64,000 nucleotides of DNA from the NCBI GenBank assembly GCA_963665275.2, contig CAXXIN010000007.1, forward strand, positions 32,001-96,000. The letters run 5' to 3'. Numbering within the stretch: position 1 is the stretch's first letter; each line of letters begins with the position of its first letter. Both the position numbers and the translations under genes were made by a program. This DNA is from Negativicutes bacterium (GTDB taxonomy: Bacteria; Bacillota; Negativicutes; UBA1444). The notes beneath the pieces were generated by a model. That model was not told the origin of the DNA and made no database searches. It saw only the letters and a list, made by a program, of their open reading frames with translations. Positions 8,352 to 18,153 of the stretch are shown here, in pieces.

Positions 8352-10199
8352 TTATTGGATCGGCTCTCTAATCTCAGTTGCCATTACGCCGTCCGCGCAT
8401 CGGACAACAATGTATCGCTCCCAAGCGGTTTCTTTTCGCGTTACTGGAACATTGTCTTCATATTGAGCAAACCGCAAATGTGGCCCCCGGCTCTCGTCGC
8501 GCAACAACGCCGCGCGAAGGACCGCTTCCGCTGTCAACAACAAGCTTCTGTTCTCGAAGAAATAGGCCGGTGATTTCTCGCCCATAGCAAACCCTTCGGC
8601 TTTGATTGTTTCCAACTGTAATAGCCTTTCCTTAAGTCCGGCTTCTGTGCGTACGATTCCTGCCCCAGCCTCAGTCAGGCCTTGCAGCGTCCGGCGGAAC
8701 TCCATCGCATTCACAGAGCAGCCTGCTGAACTGGCAATCTCGCCGAGAATGTCCTCAACCGCCGCCTTCAGCGTTACGTCATCCGCCGCCAATTCATCGG
8801 CCGGCAACGACTTGCCTTTGGTCTCTTTCACACAGGCAGCGGCATCTTCACCGGCGATCCGCCCGAATACCTGGCAATCCAGCAATGCATTGCCGCCGGG
8901 CCGATTGGCGCCGTGCTGCCCCCCAGCCGTCTCGCCTGCTGCCCACACGCCGGGTACCGTAGTTCTCGCCTGGGCATTGATTTTAATCCCGCCTTGAAAA
9001 TGTTGAGCGCAGGCAGCCACCTCAATCAGATCGCCTTTCATCAGATTGATCCCGTACTCGGCGAACCAATCGATTGAAGGCTGGTTGATCTCCCGCAGAC
9101 GCTCAAGCGGCGTTTTGTTTCGAAGCGCCTCGCCAAGATCCATCGTCATTTCGCTGCGATACCGAGCCTGATTTTCCGCTGTCAGCCATTCAAAGGAAAA
9201 ACCTTGCGGGTTTCGCCCAAAATCGAGAAACGTCCGTCGACCGGCTTTCCATTCTTTGTAGAGAGCGATATCGATGATATGGGTTTTGTGCTCATACGAC
9301 ACCGGCCAGCTGGCGCCCTTGAGGAATACGGTATTGGCAATTTCCGCAGCAGAGGTCCCTGCCGGGAAATATTGAGCCAGGAATTCTTCCCCTTCGGAGT
9401 TGACCAATCGGGGAATCGCCCGCATCATACTGCCGGAACAATTGAACTTGGTTTTCGTGGACGCAATGCCGATCTGCACGAATTCCATGTTGACGAGTTC
9501 CGCCCCCGCTGCGTAAGCCATGGCGAAGCCGTCACCCGTCATCCCGCCGGGGAACACATTGTGTTCATAAATCATACCGCCGCCGCCGGTAGCCAGAATA
9601 GCCGCTGGTGTGCGAATGATGAACGCGGCTTGGGCAGGATCTTTCTCGCGCGTATCCAGCGCCACAGCTCCAACCAAGCGTTTCCCCGCATGAACGAGAC
9701 GCACTACCATCGCATAATCCAATACATCAATTCCCAAAGTGCAAAAATGTTTCACCAATGCGTTTTCAATGTGAACAGCTGTCCGGGGCCCGGTATAACA
9801 AGCCCTTGCATATGCCGATCCATCTGTAACGAATTGGTCGGCGTGCCCATCTTTCTTGACAAAGGGAACTCCGAGTCCGTCAAGATATTCATAGGCACCC
9901 GCAGCATTTTTCGCCAACACTTCAGCCAGATTTTTGTCTGAGACTTTGCCGCCGATGCGATAGATATCATCGGCATGATAGGACCAGGCATCGTTACCGC
10001 CCGGTTCTGTTGTCGGCAACGTGGCATGAAAAGCCATTCGATCAGAGCAAGAATTGGCAGTCACGCCGCTCTTCCCCGGCTTGCCTTTGGTCGCCACGCA
10101 CACGGACAGTCCCGACTCCGCTTCTTTGGCAGCTATAGCGGCGCGCAAGGCTGCGCCACCACTGCCGACCACCAGTACGTCACAGTCTACGATTTTCAT
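8352..10199 (-). CDS. SdhA/FrdA/NadB-family FAD-binding oxidoreductase, stand-alone
   Basis: DVLVVGSGGAA, LATGG, TGDG, NMEFVQ, HFQGG, WAAGE, HGANRPGGNAL, RDESRG; ATG 10199 overlaps the cupin stop (ATGA). Confidence 0.85.
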   Translation of the reverse strand: MKIVDCDVLVVGSGGAALRAAIAAKEAESGLSVCVATKGKPGKSGVTANSCSDRMAFHATLPTTEPGGNDAWSYHADDIYRIGGKVSDKNLAEVLAKNAAGAYEYLDGLGVPFVKKDGHADQFVTDGSAYARACYTGPRTAVHIENALVKHFCTLGIDVLDYAMVVRLVHAGKRLVGAVALDTREKDPAQAAFIIRTPAAILATGGGGMIYEHNVFPGGMTGDGFAMAYAAGAELVNMEFVQIGIASTKTKFNCSGSMMRAIPRLVNSEGEEFLAQYFPAGTSAAEIANTVFLKGASWPVSYEHKTHIIDIALYKEWKAGRRTFLDFGRNPQGFSFEWLTAENQARYRSEMTMDLGEALRNKTPLERLREINQPSIDWFAEYGINLMKGDLIEVAACAQHFQGGIKINAQARTTVPGVWAAGETAGGQHGANRPGGNALLDCQVFGRIAGEDAAACVKETKGKSLPADELAADDVTLKAAVEDILGEIASSAGCSVNAMEFRRTLQGLTEAGAGIVRTEAGLKERLLQLETIKAEGFAMGEKSPAYFFENRSLLLTAEAVLRAALLRDESRGPHLRFAQYEDNVPVTRKETAWERYIVVRCADGVMATEIREPIQ

Positions 10200-10576
10200 G
10201 CATGCTCTCCGCCTTTCATCTCTTGCGCCCAATGTTCGGCTACCGCTTTCGGCGCATAACAAAACATCATGATCATATTGTCAGTCGAAGTGTTCGTCAA
10301 CATATGAGTTGACTGGGGGGTGATGTAAATACAGTCACCGGTCTTCACGTTCCGGGTTTCGTCATCCACTGCGACGATTCCCGCCCCGGCAACAATATAA
10401 TAAACTTCTTCCTGCTGGTGAGAATGCAACGGCACGGAGCCCCCCGGATAAATCGTCACATGCCCCATCACGAACTGTTCCGCTTCCAATGGAGCGTTCG
10501 GTCCCACAATAACCCGGGTCGACCGACCGGCCGGAAACTCCATACCTTTTATATCGGCAACATTAACGATGTTCAA
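10196..10576 (-). CDS. Cupin-domain protein
   Basis: PGGSVPLHSHQQEEVYYIVAG and GDCIYITPQSTH cupin motifs; GGAGG SD. Confidence 0.9.
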   Translation of the reverse strand: MNIVNVADIKGMEFPAGRSTRVIVGPNAPLEAEQFVMGHVTIYPGGSVPLHSHQQEEVYYIVAGAGIVAVDDETRNVKTGDCIYITPQSTHMLTNTSTDNMIMMFCYAPKAVAEHWAQEMKGGEHA

Positions 10577-10603
10577 TTCGTTCCCTCCCTAATCAACATG
10601 AGT

Positions 10604-11917
10604 CTACCGAACCTTGATACCCAACGGGCCTTCCAGGATCGTACGCAATTCATTCACATAGTCGCCAAAGATCACCATGTGATGGCAACCCAGCGACTCC
10701 TCGATCCGCTTTTGTGTGGAATCGATCTGGAACCGGAATTGTGTGCGGCAGGTATCCTCATCCGGATTGCTGATGAAATCAGCAGAGAATAGGGTAGCTT
10801 CCGAAAATTCATTTCCAAGCCTGAACAACGTCACTTTTTGCGGCTCCTGCACCTCGATCCGCTGCGCCACACTTACTCCGGTTTCATGATGCGACCGCAC
10901 CGTATAGCTGGTTTTCGTATCGCCGGTCAAACGGCGCGGCGCGGTGCAATGCACGATATCGAGCGTATTGTCCAGGTGGTATACGGGATTGCCCATGAAA
11001 ACCGGTTGTCCTGATACAGCCTTGCCGACCACCATTGATATGGCGGCGTCCAGATCACCTTCGCAGGCGGCAATAAGGCCCGGCTCATCGTTCAACAGGG
11101 AAAGCGCCAGGCAGGAGGTCACTCCGAGCTGTTTCACCAACGAGAAGCAGGATATCGCCATTGCATTGGCATTGTATCGCACCAGCAACCTTTTGAGTGC
11201 AAGGTATAGCCGATATGCGTCCTCCACGCTTGCCGCCGCCGGCTCCCGGCAGGAAGCCGCCGAACCAATGTAGGAAGCGACAAAACTTTTTACGGCCGCA
11301 TCCCTGGGAATCTCATGATATTCGGCGAACAGCTCCTCCAGGCCGATATGAACGCTCTGAATCCCCAACCGGTCTTCGATCCAACGTTCATCGACACTTG
11401 TTGACACAACCCACTGCTGAGTATAGCCGATAATCAGAAGCCGAGTGGCCCGAATCTTATCCATCGCCGACAACAGGAGGCATTTTTCCTGCAACGATGC
11501 CTTATCAAAGACTTTTTCGATCTGTACATGCCGGTTTCGAAGATGCGCCCAGCAATCCATCACTGCCGGCACGGCATTCTTGGATACAATCTGGCGGATG
11601 GTCTGTTCCACCGGCGCCGAAAACAGGTCGTCCCCTGGGAAATACCACCACAACAGGGATTGTTTTGCGGCCTTCGCCACAGAAAGAACCCAGCGCTGGG
11701 TGGCCCCGGAAAGGTTTACCAGCAACGGCGTCGCGTTACTGCATCCTTCAAGGTAAGAATCTACTCCTGCCTGACTGTTCAGGTACAGAGGCTCCAAAAG
11801 TTCCGTCGCCTCAGGCATTATCGCACGAACCAGTTTCATCATCGTGCCTGCATCAGACAAAAACTGCTCCTGCTCATAATAAACCGGACTGGCAAAAAAC
11901 AAAGGCTGAATTCGCAT
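10604..11917 (-). CDS. L-fucose/L-arabinose isomerase-like protein
   Basis: CLALSLLND, ACEGD, HCTAP, CRTQ and LGCHH motifs; ATG 11917 after AGGAG. Confidence 0.75.
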   Translation of the reverse strand: MRIQPLFFASPVYYEQEQFLSDAGTMMKLVRAIMPEATELLEPLYLNSQAGVDSYLEGCSNATPLLVNLSGATQRWVLSVAKAAKQSLLWWYFPGDDLFSAPVEQTIRQIVSKNAVPAVMDCWAHLRNRHVQIEKVFDKASLQEKCLLLSAMDKIRATRLLIIGYTQQWVVSTSVDERWIEDRLGIQSVHIGLEELFAEYHEIPRDAAVKSFVASYIGSAASCREPAAASVEDAYRLYLALKRLLVRYNANAMAISCFSLVKQLGVTSCLALSLLNDEPGLIAACEGDLDAAISMVVGKAVSGQPVFMGNPVYHLDNTLDIVHCTAPRRLTGDTKTSYTVRSHHETGVSVAQRIEVQEPQKVTLFRLGNEFSEATLFSADFISNPDEDTCRTQFRFQIDSTQKRIEESLGCHHMVIFGDYVNELRTILEGPLGIKVR

Positions 11918-11934
11918 ATTGCTTCTCCTCTTAC

Positions 11935-12638
11935 TTAACGTTCCCCAAGGTATGCTTTTTTCACACCTGGGTCGCACAACAAATCTTTCCCTTTACCTTC
12001 CATCGTCACCGGCCATTTTCCAAAACATAGGCATAATCACACAAAGCCAGCGCCTTCTTGGCATTTTGTTCGACCAGCATAACCGTGATTCCCTGTTCGC
12101 GGATTTGGGCAATCAGATCAAAGATGCTTTTGACAATAATCGGGGCAAGGCCCAGCGATGGCTCATCCAACAGAATCAGTTTGGGCTCGGACATCAAGCC
12201 GCGGCACACTGCCAGCATCTGCTGCTCTCCCCCTGACAGCGTTCCAGCCTGTTGATTCCTGCGACTGGAGAGAATAGGATACAGTTGCATCATTTTTTCC
12301 GCATTGGCCTTCAGTTGGCTTGAATTTTTCAGTATATAGCCGCCGGCCAGCAGATTTTCCTCCACCGTAAGTCCGGCAAAAATCTTGCGCCCTTCCGGGA
12401 CCTGAACGATACCCAGATTGACAATATCGTGCGGGACTCTGATGAGTTCTTTTCCTTCAAATTTAATATTGCCCTGCTTCTGTTTTACAATGCCGGAAAT
12501 GGTGTTGAGGAGCGTGGTCTTTCCTGCACCGTTGGAGCCGATAATACTGACGATGCTGCCCTGCGGCACTCGGATGCTCACCCCGGATAGCGCCTGGATG
12601 TGTCCATAGGAAACATGCAGATTCTCTATAGCAAGCAC
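11935..12638 (-). pseudogene. livF: LIV-type ABC ATPase LivF with a 1-nt frameshift near the 3' end (pseudogene or sequencing error)
   Basis: GSNGAGKTT, VPEGR, LSGGEQQM, LLDEP, VEQN. ORF stops at ENGR*, but the shifted frame continues VTMEGKGKDLLCDPGVKKAYLGER* to 11935. Confidence 0.85.
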
Positions 12639-13405
12639 GCTTCATCCTCCTCACCAATGTAAGCTGTCGTTACTTCAGAATTGTTCTGTATTTCGGACGG
12701 CGTTCCGCTTGCCAGCAATTTGCCGAAATTGAGCACATAAATATTGGCGCAAAGGGTCATGATGACTTCCATGCGATGCTCAATAACTAGAACGGACAAG
12801 GCGAATTTTTCATGCACCGTTCGAATGAGTCGAATGAAGTCCTGCACTTCGCTCGGATTGAGCCCGGCCGCCGGTTCATCCAACAGCAGCACCTTGGGAT
12901 TGGAGGCCAATGCCCTGGCAAGTTCCAATTTGCGCTGTAATCCGTAGGGAAGGTTTTCCGGCTTTTCGTCCTCATATCCGGCCAGACCGACCAATGCCAA
13001 AAAACTGCGGCTCATGTCGCGAACTTCATTTTCCCGTCTTCGCTTGCGTCCACTGTACAGGAAAACGTCAGCCAGATTATACGACGAGTAGGGATCAGCC
13101 GCCGTCATGACGTTTTCAATCACGTTGAGTCCTTTGAACAGGCGGATATTCTGGAAGGTCCGGGCGAGACCCTTCTGGGTGATCTGATATTGCGGCAAAC
13201 CGCTGATTTTTTCATCATCCAGGAATACCTGCCCTTGATCGAGGGGATAAACTCCGGTCAGCAAATTGAACGCCGTAGTCTTGCCAGCGCCATTGGGGCC
13301 AATGATCCCGACGATCTGACGCTCCCCCACGGAAAATGAAAAATCATCAATCGCCTGCACTCCGCCAAAGGCTTTGGACAGATTCTTTGCTTCCAGACGG
13401 CTCAT
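12626..13405 (-). CDS. livG: LIV-type ABC ATPase
   Basis: GPNGAGKTT, ARTFQNIRLF, LPYG, LLDEPAAG, IEHRM, AYIG; start MSRLE. Confidence 0.9.
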   Translation of the reverse strand: MSRLEAKNLSKAFGGVQAIDDFSFSVGERQIVGIIGPNGAGKTTAFNLLTGVYPLDQGQVFLDDEKISGLPQYQITQKGLARTFQNIRLFKGLNVIENVMTAADPYSSYNLADVFLYSGRKRRRENEVRDMSRSFLALVGLAGYEDEKPENLPYGLQRKLELARALASNPKVLLLDEPAAGLNPSEVQDFIRLIRTVHEKFALSVLVIEHRMEVIMTLCANIYVLNFGKLLASGTPSEIQNNSEVTTAYIGEEDEACLL

Positions 13406-14262
13406 GATGCCTTGACCCCCTTTTTCCCCAACTGCCGCAGCCATTTGAGCGTAAGCTCGAACTCGCCGAAGATCCCGATCGGCCGATAATTGATGATCAA
13501 AAGAACAATCACGCAATACACCGCTATGCGCCATTCTGATGCGAAGCGCAGCATTTCAGGCAAGCCGGTCAGCAGCAGTGTGGCAAATACTGAACCGGTC
13601 AGACTGTTGATCCCACCGACAAATACGATGATGATCCATTCGGCCGATACAATCCAGCCAAATGCCCCCGGTTCGACATAGGTCGTGTAAAAGGCATACA
13701 GAACGCCAGCGTAGCTGGTCATGGCCGCCGCGAACAGGAACGTCACCAGCTTGATGCGGTTCACGTTGATCCCCATGGCTTTCGCCGCCAGTTCATCCGC
13801 CCGAAGCGCCAGACACTGCCGACCATATTTCGAATGTTTGTATCCGACCGCCAAAGCCAGACAAACCGCCACACTGCCCCACACAATGGCAAAATTCGTG
13901 TACTGCGGAATCCCGGAAAGTCCCATGGCTCCGCCGGTCAGATTAGCCGAGTTGTTCAAGAGAGCAATGATAGCTTCGCCAAAACCAAAGGTGACGAGGG
14001 AAATATAATCCCGACGAAGACGAACCGTTGGATATCCTACCAGGAACCCGGCCAGCAGCCCGACAGCCATCGCCGCAGGCACTGCCAACAGAAATGGTAC
14101 ACCCAGGTCTTTCACCAGCATGGCCGAAGTATATGCGCCAACTGAAAAGAAGGCAGCCTGTCCAAAAGAAAACAGCCCCGTCAGTCCCGTAACCAGATAA
14201 GACCCCAGCACCCCGATTACCGTGATGCCTGTGAAAGTAAGAACTGCAAAAATGTATTCCAA
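13402..14262 (-). CDS. livM: LIV-type ABC permease
   Basis: GLTGLFSFGQAAF, RLRRDY, DELAAKAMGIN, GGINSLTG. Confidence 0.9.
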   Translation of the reverse strand: MEYIFAVLTFTGITVIGVLGSYLVTGLTGLFSFGQAAFFSVGAYTSAMLVKDLGVPFLLAVPAAMAVGLLAGFLVGYPTVRLRRDYISLVTFGFGEAIIALLNNSANLTGGAMGLSGIPQYTNFAIVWGSVAVCLALAVGYKHSKYGRQCLALRADELAAKAMGINVNRIKLVTFLFAAAMTSYAGVLYAFYTTYVEPGAFGWIVSAEWIIIVFVGGINSLTGSVFATLLLTGLPEMLRFASEWRIAVYCVIVLLIINYRPIGIFGEFELTLKWLRQLGKKGVKAS

Positions 14263-14274
14263 CGCCGCGCCCCC

Positions 14275-15165
14275 CTAAGCCTTTTCCTGCACGATGACGC
14301 CCGATATGCCGCGCGGCCTCACCAGCAGGAAAACCAGCATGACAATAAATACAAACACCGGCGCAAGACCGGCGCCTACGGCGCCAATCAGCGTCACTTC
14401 CAGAACTCCGAGCAAAACGGCTCCGATCATAGCGCCTGTGATGCTGCCCAGGCCACCGATAACTGAAGCAATGAAGCCCTTGACGATGAGCTGACCCATT
14501 TGGGGATAGAGCGTGTAGTTGATCCCCAGAAAGACGCCGGCGATGCCGCCCAGAATCCCCGCCGCAATAAAGGTGGCCATAACGACGCGGTTGGAGTCCA
14601 TTCCCATCAGATTGGCAGTATTGACATCAAACGACAAGGCCCTGATGGCAAGGCCGATCCGAGTCCGGTAGAGCACCCACAGCAAAATCATCAAAGATAT
14701 GGAGGAAAACACCAGCATCAACAAATCCGTCAAAGCGATATTGACGTGAGCGATATTCACCACGGTCAGCTCAAAAAATCTCGGATAGGAGTAAAATGTG
14801 CTGCTGGCAAAAATGGTCACGATATTTTCCATCAGGATGCCCATTGTAATCGACGATATGAAGTAATAAATAACCGGACTGTTGTTGTTGCGAATCCGTC
14901 GGAACGCCATCCGTTCCAGCACGATGCCGACCAGGGCGCCAGCCAGCGCCGCACTGAACAAAGTTGCGGCGAACAGGGACAATCCACTGAGCCAGGTGCT
15001 AAAGAACAATGCTGCGGCAAGTCCAATATAGGCGGTCAGGGTCATTACGCCGCCATGGGCAAAATTCGAAAATTTGAGAATGTTGAAAACCAGGGCAAAC
15101 CCCACCGCAATCAGTGCATATACCGACCCCAGGGAAACTCCGTTCAACAACTGCTGAATACTCAC
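14275..15165 (-). CDS. livH: LIV-type ABC permease
   Basis: QQLLNG, YALIAVG, NFAHG, TRIGLAIRA, IGGLGS; GTG 15165 after GGAGG. Confidence 0.9.
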   Translation of the reverse strand: MSIQQLLNGVSLGSVYALIAVGFALVFNILKFSNFAHGGVMTLTAYIGLAAALFFSTWLSGLSLFAATLFSAALAGALVGIVLERMAFRRIRNNNSPVIYYFISSITMGILMENIVTIFASSTFYSYPRFFELTVVNIAHVNIALTDLLMLVFSSISLMILLWVLYRTRIGLAIRALSFDVNTANLMGMDSNRVVMATFIAAGILGGIAGVFLGINYTLYPQMGQLIVKGFIASVIGGLGSITGAMIGAVLLGVLEVTLIGAVGAGLAPVFVFIVMLVFLLVRPRGISGVIVQEKA

Positions 15166-15266
15166 CGGATACCCTCCACTCATATATTTTAGGAATTTTC
15201 GGGCGGGACTGGACGCAGGGGATTCTATCCCCGCGCCCATCTGTCGAACGTATTGATCATTTCGGA

Positions 15267-16919
15267 TTAGAATATGGTAGCACCCTCATCAGAAGCGCTG
15301 GTCATTTTTTTGTAAAGGGCCAGCCAGCCGGTTGCCGGTTTTTCGATTGGCTTCCAGCTTGCTTTACGTTTTGCCAGTTCTTCGTCGGAAACTTTCACGT
15401 TCATTGTGCGGGCCGGTATATCGATTTCAATGATGTCACCGTTCTGGATCAGAGCCAATGCACCACCGTCATAAGCTTCCGGAGAAACGTAGCCGATGCC
15501 GAGGCCTCGAGTAGCGCCGGAAAAACGGCCATCGGTGATGAGCGCGACACTCTCGTCCAGACCTTTGCCGCACACCGCCGTCAGGAAAGTTTCCAGATGA
15601 GGCATTCCGGGCGAACCTTTGGGTCCCTCGTAGCGGATGACTACGACGTCTCCCGCCACAATTTCATCCCTCAGCAAAGCTTCCCAGCCTTCTGTCTCTG
15701 ATTCATAGACTTTGGCAGGGCCACAGAGCCGATGGGCTTTTTCTTTTACAGCCGAGAATTTCACTATCGCGCCACGGGAAGCCATATTCCCCTGCAAAAC
15801 GGCAATGCCGCCTTCCGGGCTAATCGGATTTGATACTGGATGAATAACGTCCAAATCACGATTTTCCACACCAATCAGTCGTTCCCGCAGGGTACCGGTA
15901 ATCGATCCCACATCCAGGCAGAGCTTGTCTGCTGCCGCCAGTTCCTTCAATACGGCACGGACGCCGCCGGCACGATCGAAGTCAACCATCGTATAGGTAT
16001 CATGGCTGGGGTAGATAGTGCTGAGCAAGGGAATCTCCCGACTGATCCGGTCGAAGTCTTCATAGGTGATATTGAAGCCTGCCTGTTTGGCGACTGCCGG
16101 CAGATGGAGGACGGTATTGGTTGAGCCGCCAGTGGCCATGACATATTTGATGAAATTCATATAGGATTCCAGCGTGATGTGGTCTTTGGGCTTCCAATCC
16201 TTTTTGATGAGTTCGACGATCAGTTCGCCTGACTCCCGGGCCATTTGTTTCCATTCCTCGCTGTTAGCGGCCACGCTGGCATTGCCGGGCAGCGACAGTC
16301 CCAGCACTTCGGCCATGGCGCACATGGTATTGGCCGTACCCATGAACGGACAGGCGCCGGTGGTCGGGCAGGCGTTGCGAACAACCCCCTTGTAGTCTTC
16401 ACGCGACATTATGCCACCTTTATAGGCCGCATAGGACTGTTTCGTGTGGGTCAGGGTAATCATCTTGCCTTTGTAGCTGCCGGGCTGCATGTAGCCGCCG
16501 GTGAACATGACACTGGGCAGGTTGAGCCGGTTCACGGCCATCACCATACCAGGAACGACCTTATCGCAACTCGCCAACAAGATCATGCCATCCAGTTGAT
16601 TGCCTTCCACCATGGACTCGACTTCAGCGGACACCAGATCACGGCTGGGCAGAGTATAACGATCGCCCGGCGTATTGGAGCAGATGCCGTCGCAGATGCC
16701 GGTTACGGGAATTTCCAGCGGCAAGCCCCCGGCTTTGCGGATCGCCGTCTTTATTTCCTCGACTACGCTTTTGAAATGGAAGTGTCCGGGATTGAGCTCG
16801 TTCCATGAATTGACGATGCCGACATAGGGTTTGGTAGTGTCCTCTTCTTTAAGTCCCATCGCAAACAGCAACGCATTGCGGTGGTCAATCGCTTCTTCGG
16901 AAAAATCCTGTGTTCTCAT
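15267..16919 (-). CDS. IlvD/Edd-family dihydroxy-acid dehydratase (catabolic paralogue)
   Basis: CDG, CDK and GAC 2Fe-2S motifs, GTANTM, GGSTN, RYEGPKG, TDGRFSG. Confidence 0.9.
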   Translation of the reverse strand: MRTQDFSEEAIDHRNALLFAMGLKEEDTTKPYVGIVNSWNELNPGHFHFKSVVEEIKTAIRKAGGLPLEIPVTGICDGICSNTPGDRYTLPSRDLVSAEVESMVEGNQLDGMILLASCDKVVPGMVMAVNRLNLPSVMFTGGYMQPGSYKGKMITLTHTKQSYAAYKGGIMSREDYKGVVRNACPTTGACPFMGTANTMCAMAEVLGLSLPGNASVAANSEEWKQMARESGELIVELIKKDWKPKDHITLESYMNFIKYVMATGGSTNTVLHLPAVAKQAGFNITYEDFDRISREIPLLSTIYPSHDTYTMVDFDRAGGVRAVLKELAAADKLCLDVGSITGTLRERLIGVENRDLDVIHPVSNPISPEGGIAVLQGNMASRGAIVKFSAVKEKAHRLCGPAKVYESETEGWEALLRDEIVAGDVVVIRYEGPKGSPGMPHLETFLTAVCGKGLDESVALITDGRFSGATRGLGIGYVSPEAYDGGALALIQNGDIIEIDIPARTMNVKVSDEELAKRKASWKPIEKPATGWLALYKKMTSASDEGATIF

Positions 16920-16954
16920 ATTTCATGCACCTATCCTTTCATAATCCAGTGACT

Positions 16955-17734
16955 CTAAAACCGCCGCAAATGGAACCCGCCGTCCACGTTGATGACATCG
17001 CCGGTAGAATACAGCAGTCCGCCGTTACTGAGGGTGAAGATCGCCTGCGCGATATCTTCGGGCTGTCCCCAGCGTTTGATCGGCAACAGACCGTTTTTGA
17101 TCAACGGATCATATTTGTCGTGCACTTTGGCCGTCAGCTCGGTTTCGATGATTCCCGGTCGTATTTCATAGACCCGTATGCCCTCCGGCGCCAGACGGTC
17201 CGCAAAAAGTTGGGTGATCATGCTCACGCCGGCTTTGGAAATGCAGTATTCCCCGCGGTTGAGCGATGTCGTGTAGGCCGACATAGAAGATATATTGATG
17301 ATCATGGGATCCATTTCGGGGTTTTCCCGTTTTTCACCGATCATGATATTGGCAATCGCCTGACTGAGAAAAAATGTGCCCCGCAGATTGATCCCCAGCA
17401 CAAAATCCATACTTTCTTCTGTTGTCTCCAGAATATCCAGCCTGACCTTGGGACCAACCCCGGCGTTGTTTACCAACAGGTCAATTCGCCCGAAATCCTG
17501 CATCAGCTGCCCGACCATCCTGTCTCTGTCTGCCGTTGATGCCAAGTCCCCCTGCACATAAATGACGGGATGACCGAAAGCCTTGACTGCGTCGATCGCT
17601 GCCTGGACTGCTTCAGCCGGCTGGCGAGAGTTCATGGCCACAGCATACCCTTCCCTGGCTAGCCGAACGGCGACCGCCAGGCCGATGCTGCGCGAAGATC
17701 CCGTTACCAGCGCTACTTTTTCCTTTATCATCAT
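16955..17734 (-). CDS. Short-chain dehydrogenase/reductase
   Basis: TGSSRSIG, NNAG, YCISK catalytic motif, PGIIET, VDGG. Confidence 0.9.
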   Translation of the reverse strand: MMIKEKVALVTGSSRSIGLAVAVRLAREGYAVAMNSRQPAEAVQAAIDAVKAFGHPVIYVQGDLASTADRDRMVGQLMQDFGRIDLLVNNAGVGPKVRLDILETTEESMDFVLGINLRGTFFLSQAIANIMIGEKRENPEMDPMIINISSMSAYTTSLNRGEYCISKAGVSMITQLFADRLAPEGIRVYEIRPGIIETELTAKVHDKYDPLIKNGLLPIKRWGQPEDIAQAIFTLSNGGLLYSTGDVINVDGGFHLRRF

Positions 17735-17753
17735 CTCTTGCTCCTCTCCTGCT

Positions 17754-18140
17754 TTATCCCATGGGTTTTTCCCGCCACATCAGGTGCAGGATATTTCCTT
17801 CCGGATCGCGGAAGAATAATAATTTACTGCTTTGGGTTTCCCTCCGCTCGATGAAATCGCTTATGCCGTTTTCCCGCAGGTGAGCTTCGGTAGCTGCATA
17901 GTCATCGACCGTGACGGCCAGATGACGAAATCCTGCGGCGGATTGACTGTAATCGGTTTTAGCGCCGCTGGTCGCAGGCAATATTTCGATCACCATTCCG
18001 TCCGGCGCCTTGAGCAAAAACGTGGGCGGTTGTTTGCCGTTATCGTAAACCACCCGCAGGCCGAACAACTTGATGTACCATTCCGCGAGCGCCTTGCTGT
18101 CCATCGCGGCAATCGCGAAATGTTCGAATCCCAAAATCAT
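17754..18140 (-). CDS. VOC/glyoxalase-family protein
   Basis: FEHFAI, VIEIL, RHLAVTVDD, FFRDPEGN. Confidence 0.85.
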   Translation of the reverse strand: MILGFEHFAIAAMDSKALAEWYIKLFGLRVVYDNGKQPPTFLLKAPDGMVIEILPATSGAKTDYSQSAAGFRHLAVTVDDYAATEAHLRENGISDFIERRETQSSKLLFFRDPEGNILHLMWREKPMG

Positions 18141-18153
18141 GCGTCAGCCTCCC

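Noticed and set aside
12006-12008. UGA recoding in livF
   Set aside because: In-frame read-through gives unconserved sequence; the conserved tail is in another frame
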